DNA of 58,317 bases, taken from the NCBI GenBank assembly GCA_964599215.1, contig CAZRDV010000005.1:1-58317 (forward strand), read 5' to 3'. The notes beneath the pieces were generated by a model. The model saw only the letters and a program-made list of their open reading frames with translations, had not been told where the DNA came from and made no database searches. Positions 55,794 through 58,317 of the stretch are shown in pieces; within the stretch, counting starts at the first letter, position 1; each line of letters opens with the position of its first letter. The DNA comes from an uncultured archaeon (lineage in GTDB: Archaea; Aenigmatarchaeota; Aenigmatarchaeia; GW2011-AR5). A program made the translations under genes and the position numbers.

Positions 55794-55925
55794 TGGGTTC
55801 GCCCGGATTTGAACCGGGGTCTTAAGCTTTTTAGTTGGAAGGCAGAAGCCTCCTTTTCGCTTAAGCCTTTTACTGAAAAAGGCTTACCCTAAGCTTAGAT
55901 GCTAACCAAGCTACACCACGAACCC
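55794..55925 (-). tRNA. tRNA-Pro(AGG) with a 58-nt intron at 37/38
   Basis: Acceptor GGGTTCG/CGAACCC plus A73, D arm, TAAGC/GCTTA anticodon stem, loop TT-AGG-G|intron|A, T arm CCCGG-TTCAAAT-CCGGG; CCA not encoded. Confidence 0.9.
55829..55886 (-). other. tRNA intron with BHB-like splice motif and two internal hairpins
   Basis: Exon 32-35 TTAG pairs with intron CTAA; 3' bulge AA|A; internal stems TAAGCCTTTT/AAAAGGCTTA and GGAGGC/GCC(T)TCC. Confidence 0.85.
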
Positions 55926-55952
55926 TGATAATATTTCAGAACAAGACTTAAA

Positions 55953-56924
55953 TCACTTCTTTATTCGGATAAAGAAACCATCTGACATCTCCTGCAAGAA
56001 TTTGTTCATGCGCTGCCTAAAGGAATCATCTATTTCTGACAATCTCATGACTTTATCATCCAAGATAATCTTAGGGTCAGTATATCTTATCTTAGTTTTT
56101 ATATGCATGTCATATTTTTCTTTGTTTTCTTCGACCTTGATGTTATATATCAGATCAAGCTTATCTGTTATTTCCTTGTCATTGCTGCCTTTTAATTTCT
56201 TATAAAGTTCGGCATCTGTCAGAAATATATCATTTTCCGAAGCTATACCTTTTGAAATTGCTATAGCTATCGCATCTGACAATAGTTTGAACAGGGCTGA
56301 TTGAAGCGGATTCGCCCAGAAGACCTTGTTCATCTCTATAAAATTTTCTGCAAGATACCTTGCTGCTTCCTTATCTATGAAAACAAGCTCATTTTCATGA
56401 ACAACCAGGCTGTTCAATATATAATTGATTTTAGTTTTATCTATTCTATTGAATATTAAGCTATCCCTCAGAAAGTAATCCAAACTATCTGCACAGATAT
56501 CAGGTATATCTTTTTTCATTATTCTGAAATCACCATCTATTATTTTATTAACACTGATTCCGTGCTTTTCCAGCACAGCAGGTATTTCTGAATTCATTAC
56601 AAATTTTTTGTATGACCTGTCAGCAGTATCCTGTTTCTCGCTTCTGTTGTACATATAATCCAAGACATGGGAAAAGGCAGTATGAGAAACGTCGTGTAAA
56701 AGACCTGCTATCTGCTCCTCTAGGGAAGCACCTAATTTTTTTAGAAGAATACAAACACCGACAGAGTGCTCAAATCTTGTTGTATCAAACTCTGGGTTGG
56801 TTACTACCCATGACCCGTATTGATTGATGCCTTTAAGCCTCTGCATAGATTTCGTATTAATTAGGTCTATTATAACCGATTCGGTGATATCCATACTACC
56901 ATAGACTTTGTCTTCATATATCAT
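55953..56924 (-). CDS. HD-domain phosphohydrolase (YwfO/SAMHD1-like, possible dNTPase)
   Basis: QRLKGINQYG, TRFEHSVGV, GLLHDVSHTAFSH, ADSLDYFLRD. Confidence 0.9.
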   Translation of the reverse strand: MIYEDKVYGSMDITESVIIDLINTKSMQRLKGINQYGSWVVTNPEFDTTRFEHSVGVCILLKKLGASLEEQIAGLLHDVSHTAFSHVLDYMYNRSEKQDTADRSYKKFVMNSEIPAVLEKHGISVNKIIDGDFRIMKKDIPDICADSLDYFLRDSLIFNRIDKTKINYILNSLVVHENELVFIDKEAARYLAENFIEMNKVFWANPLQSALFKLLSDAIAIAISKGIASENDIFLTDAELYKKLKGSNDKEITDKLDLIYNIKVEENKEKYDMHIKTKIRYTDPKIILDDKVMRLSEIDDSFRQRMNKFLQEMSDGFFIRIKK

Positions 56925-56928
56925 AGAA

Positions 56929-57002
56929 TGGGTCTGCCCGGATTTGAACCGGGGTCTTAAGCTCCCAAAGCTTAGATGCTAACCAAGCTACACCACAGAC
57001 CC
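56929..57002 (-). tRNA. tRNA-Pro(TGG), intronless
   Basis: GGGTCTG/CAGACCC acceptor, loop TT-TGG-GA, canonical D and T arms. Confidence 0.96.
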
Positions 57003-57542
57003 TTTTATTTTATCTAATATCTCCCCTACCTGCTTTTGCAGTTCCTTCAGTGATCCTTCATTATCAATTTTATACTCAGCTTTTTCCATTATCTCAGCGG
57101 TGTCAAAGTCCTCTGAATATCTCTTTTCTCTATGTTCAAACGCATCCTTATCAAGTGCTCTATACTCTCTCTTCAATAACCTTTTAAACCTGGTCTCCTT
57201 CGAAACCCCCAGTGCTATTATGTAGAGATCATTAAACTTCTTCCTGAAGTGTTCCAGCTCAGCAAAAGAGTGTAAACCAGCAATGGCTATTATCTCTGCT
57301 TTTGTTTTTTCTATTTCTTCTGCAATGACTATTGCAATAGCTGCAGGGCCGAGTTTTTTCCGAATATCTCTCCTGATTTCATTCTCCTTGTATTCATCTA
57401 TTTGCTTTATGCCTCTTTTTTCAGGCTCTATGCGGGTTACAACATCACCCATGTTGAAAATAGGTACGCCTCTCTTTTCTATTGCCTTCAGAGCCTCACT
57501 CTTGCCTGATCCAGGCATGCCTACTATTGCCAGTACTTTCAT
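56988..57542 (-). CDS. P-loop kinase, dephospho-CoA-kinase-like (UPF0200-type)
   Basis: IVGMPGSGKS, MGDVV, RFKRLLKR, IDNEGSL; stop codon lies inside the tRNA-Pro(TGG) gene. Confidence 0.8.
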   Translation of the reverse strand: MKVLAIVGMPGSGKSEALKAIEKRGVPIFNMGDVVTRIEPEKRGIKQIDEYKENEIRRDIRKKLGPAAIAIVIAEEIEKTKAEIIAIAGLHSFAELEHFRKKFNDLYIIALGVSKETRFKRLLKREYRALDKDAFEHREKRYSEDFDTAEIMEKAEYKIDNEGSLKELQKQVGEILDKIKGSVV

Positions 57543-57665
57543 GCTAATCAATATAATGAAAAAGTCTTTTAAATGTAAATTCCTATAAAATTCCACCCAG
57601 AACTCCTTCTGGTAAAAACCCTAACAAAGGAAAAATTATATATAAACACCTGATAATTAGTTCTT

Positions 57666-58317
57666 ATGTTTTCAGTCTTTGAAAAGGGTTTTATTGTTGT
57701 CGCATTATTAGCCATAGGCTTTGTGTTTGTCTCTTCTTTCTATGAGGTGCCTGAAACATACCAGGTAAAGCAGTTCGCCTCCTGCGAGGAGCTGAACAAT
57801 TTCGTAGCATCAAGCGCTGATTATTATGGTATCTACGGAGAGCTTGGCATGCCTGACAGCCTTGCCCGTACTACTGTTGCAGGTGAGGCAGAACAGGCTG
57901 CACCAAAGGCTTCTGATGATTTTTCAACAACAAACATACAGGTAGAGGGCGTGGACGAAGCTGATATTGTCAAGAACGACGGTAGGTACATATACCTGGT
58001 TTCAGGCAGCAAGATTGTAATAGTAGATGCATACCCTGCTGAAGGTGCAGAAATCCTGGCAGAGCTAGAGTTCAAAGGCACGCCTACGGAAATCTTTGTA
58101 AACGAAGACAAGCTGGTGGTCTTTGGCATTGATTACGGGTCATATTATTCTGGAAACACATTCATCCAGATTTATGATATTACTGACAGGGAGAATCCTG
58201 TAATAGTAAGGGACATAACCACAAACGGCACCTACTTTGACTCCAGGATGATAGGCAACTATGTCTATGCTATAGTAAACCAGCCTATATACTCCGGTAC
58301 ACCGTTGCCGAGGATTG
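57666..58317 (+). CDS. Secreted beta-propeller domain protein (Beta_propel-type), truncated by the window end
   Basis: N-terminal TM; FSTTNIQVEGVDEADIVKNDGRYIY; YFDSRMIGNYVY. Confidence 0.9.
   Translation, partial: MFSVFEKGFIVVALLAIGFVFVSSFYEVPETYQVKQFASCEELNNFVASSADYYGIYGELGMPDSLARTTVAGEAEQAAPKASDDFSTTNIQVEGVDEADIVKNDGRYIYLVSGSKIVIVDAYPAEGAEILAELEFKGTPTEIFVNEDKLVVFGIDYGSYYSGNTFIQIYDITDRENPVIVRDITTNGTYFDSRMIGNYVYAIVNQPIYSGTPLPRI

Noticed and set aside
55829-55886. tRNA intron as a C/D-box guide RNA (as in tRNA-Trp introns)
   Set aside because: No RUGAUGA or CUGA boxes on the transcribed strand.
55887-55890. Reading the anticodon as GGG by shifting the loop register
   Set aside because: Alignment to the intronless paralog and the TTAG/CTAA splice helix both fix 34-36 as AGG.
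55794-57002. Two near-identical tRNA-Pro copies as attL/attR of an integrated element
   Set aside because: Both are full length, with different anticodons and compensatory acceptor-stem changes, and there is no integrase; they look like two selected isoacceptors.
258-58129. Numerous 60-200 aa ORFs antisense to or nested in recognised genes (e.g. 4203-4802, 6637-7164, 10216-10758)
   Set aside because: Their Ser/Phe/Leu-rich composition is the expected shadow of Lys/Glu-rich sense genes, and they have no motifs or RBS.

Overview
Archaeal chromosomal window that is gene-dense, uses the standard genetic code and has TATA/BRE promoters, with many apparently leaderless genes. Gene content and style suggest a DPANN lineage such as Aenigmarchaeota (inference, not computed). 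Housekeeping genes: DNA ligase, tmk, smc-scpA-scpB, gatD/gatE, mtaB, tbp, mcm, an RPA32-like gene, dph5, a split Hef, cca, sepF, prefoldin beta, rpoP, rpl37Ae, aCPSF1, psmB and proS. Other loci: an iron/superoxide cluster and a VirB11-like ATPase beside tandem membrane paralogs. I saw no CRISPR array, transposase or rRNA. Three signals stand out. (1) A divergent SAM by-product salvage cluster (mtnP, mtnA, ahcY, apt, prs, pfkB) lacks the class II aldolase of the known DHAP shunt and instead carries a Zn-dehydrogenase and an LsrF-type thiolase. Oxidising 5-deoxyribulose-1-P at C4 gives exactly the LsrF substrate, which suggests an oxidative-thiolytic route from 5'-deoxyadenosine to DHAP + acetyl-CoA. 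(2) An intron-containing tRNA-Pro has anticodon AGG (A34, essentially absent from archaea), and the A34 is supported by pairing in the intron splice helix. (3) A roughly half-arm-length SMC is preceded by an unannotated ribbon-helix-helix microprotein with phased upstream repeats. All family calls come from motif recognition by eye; no database search was run.
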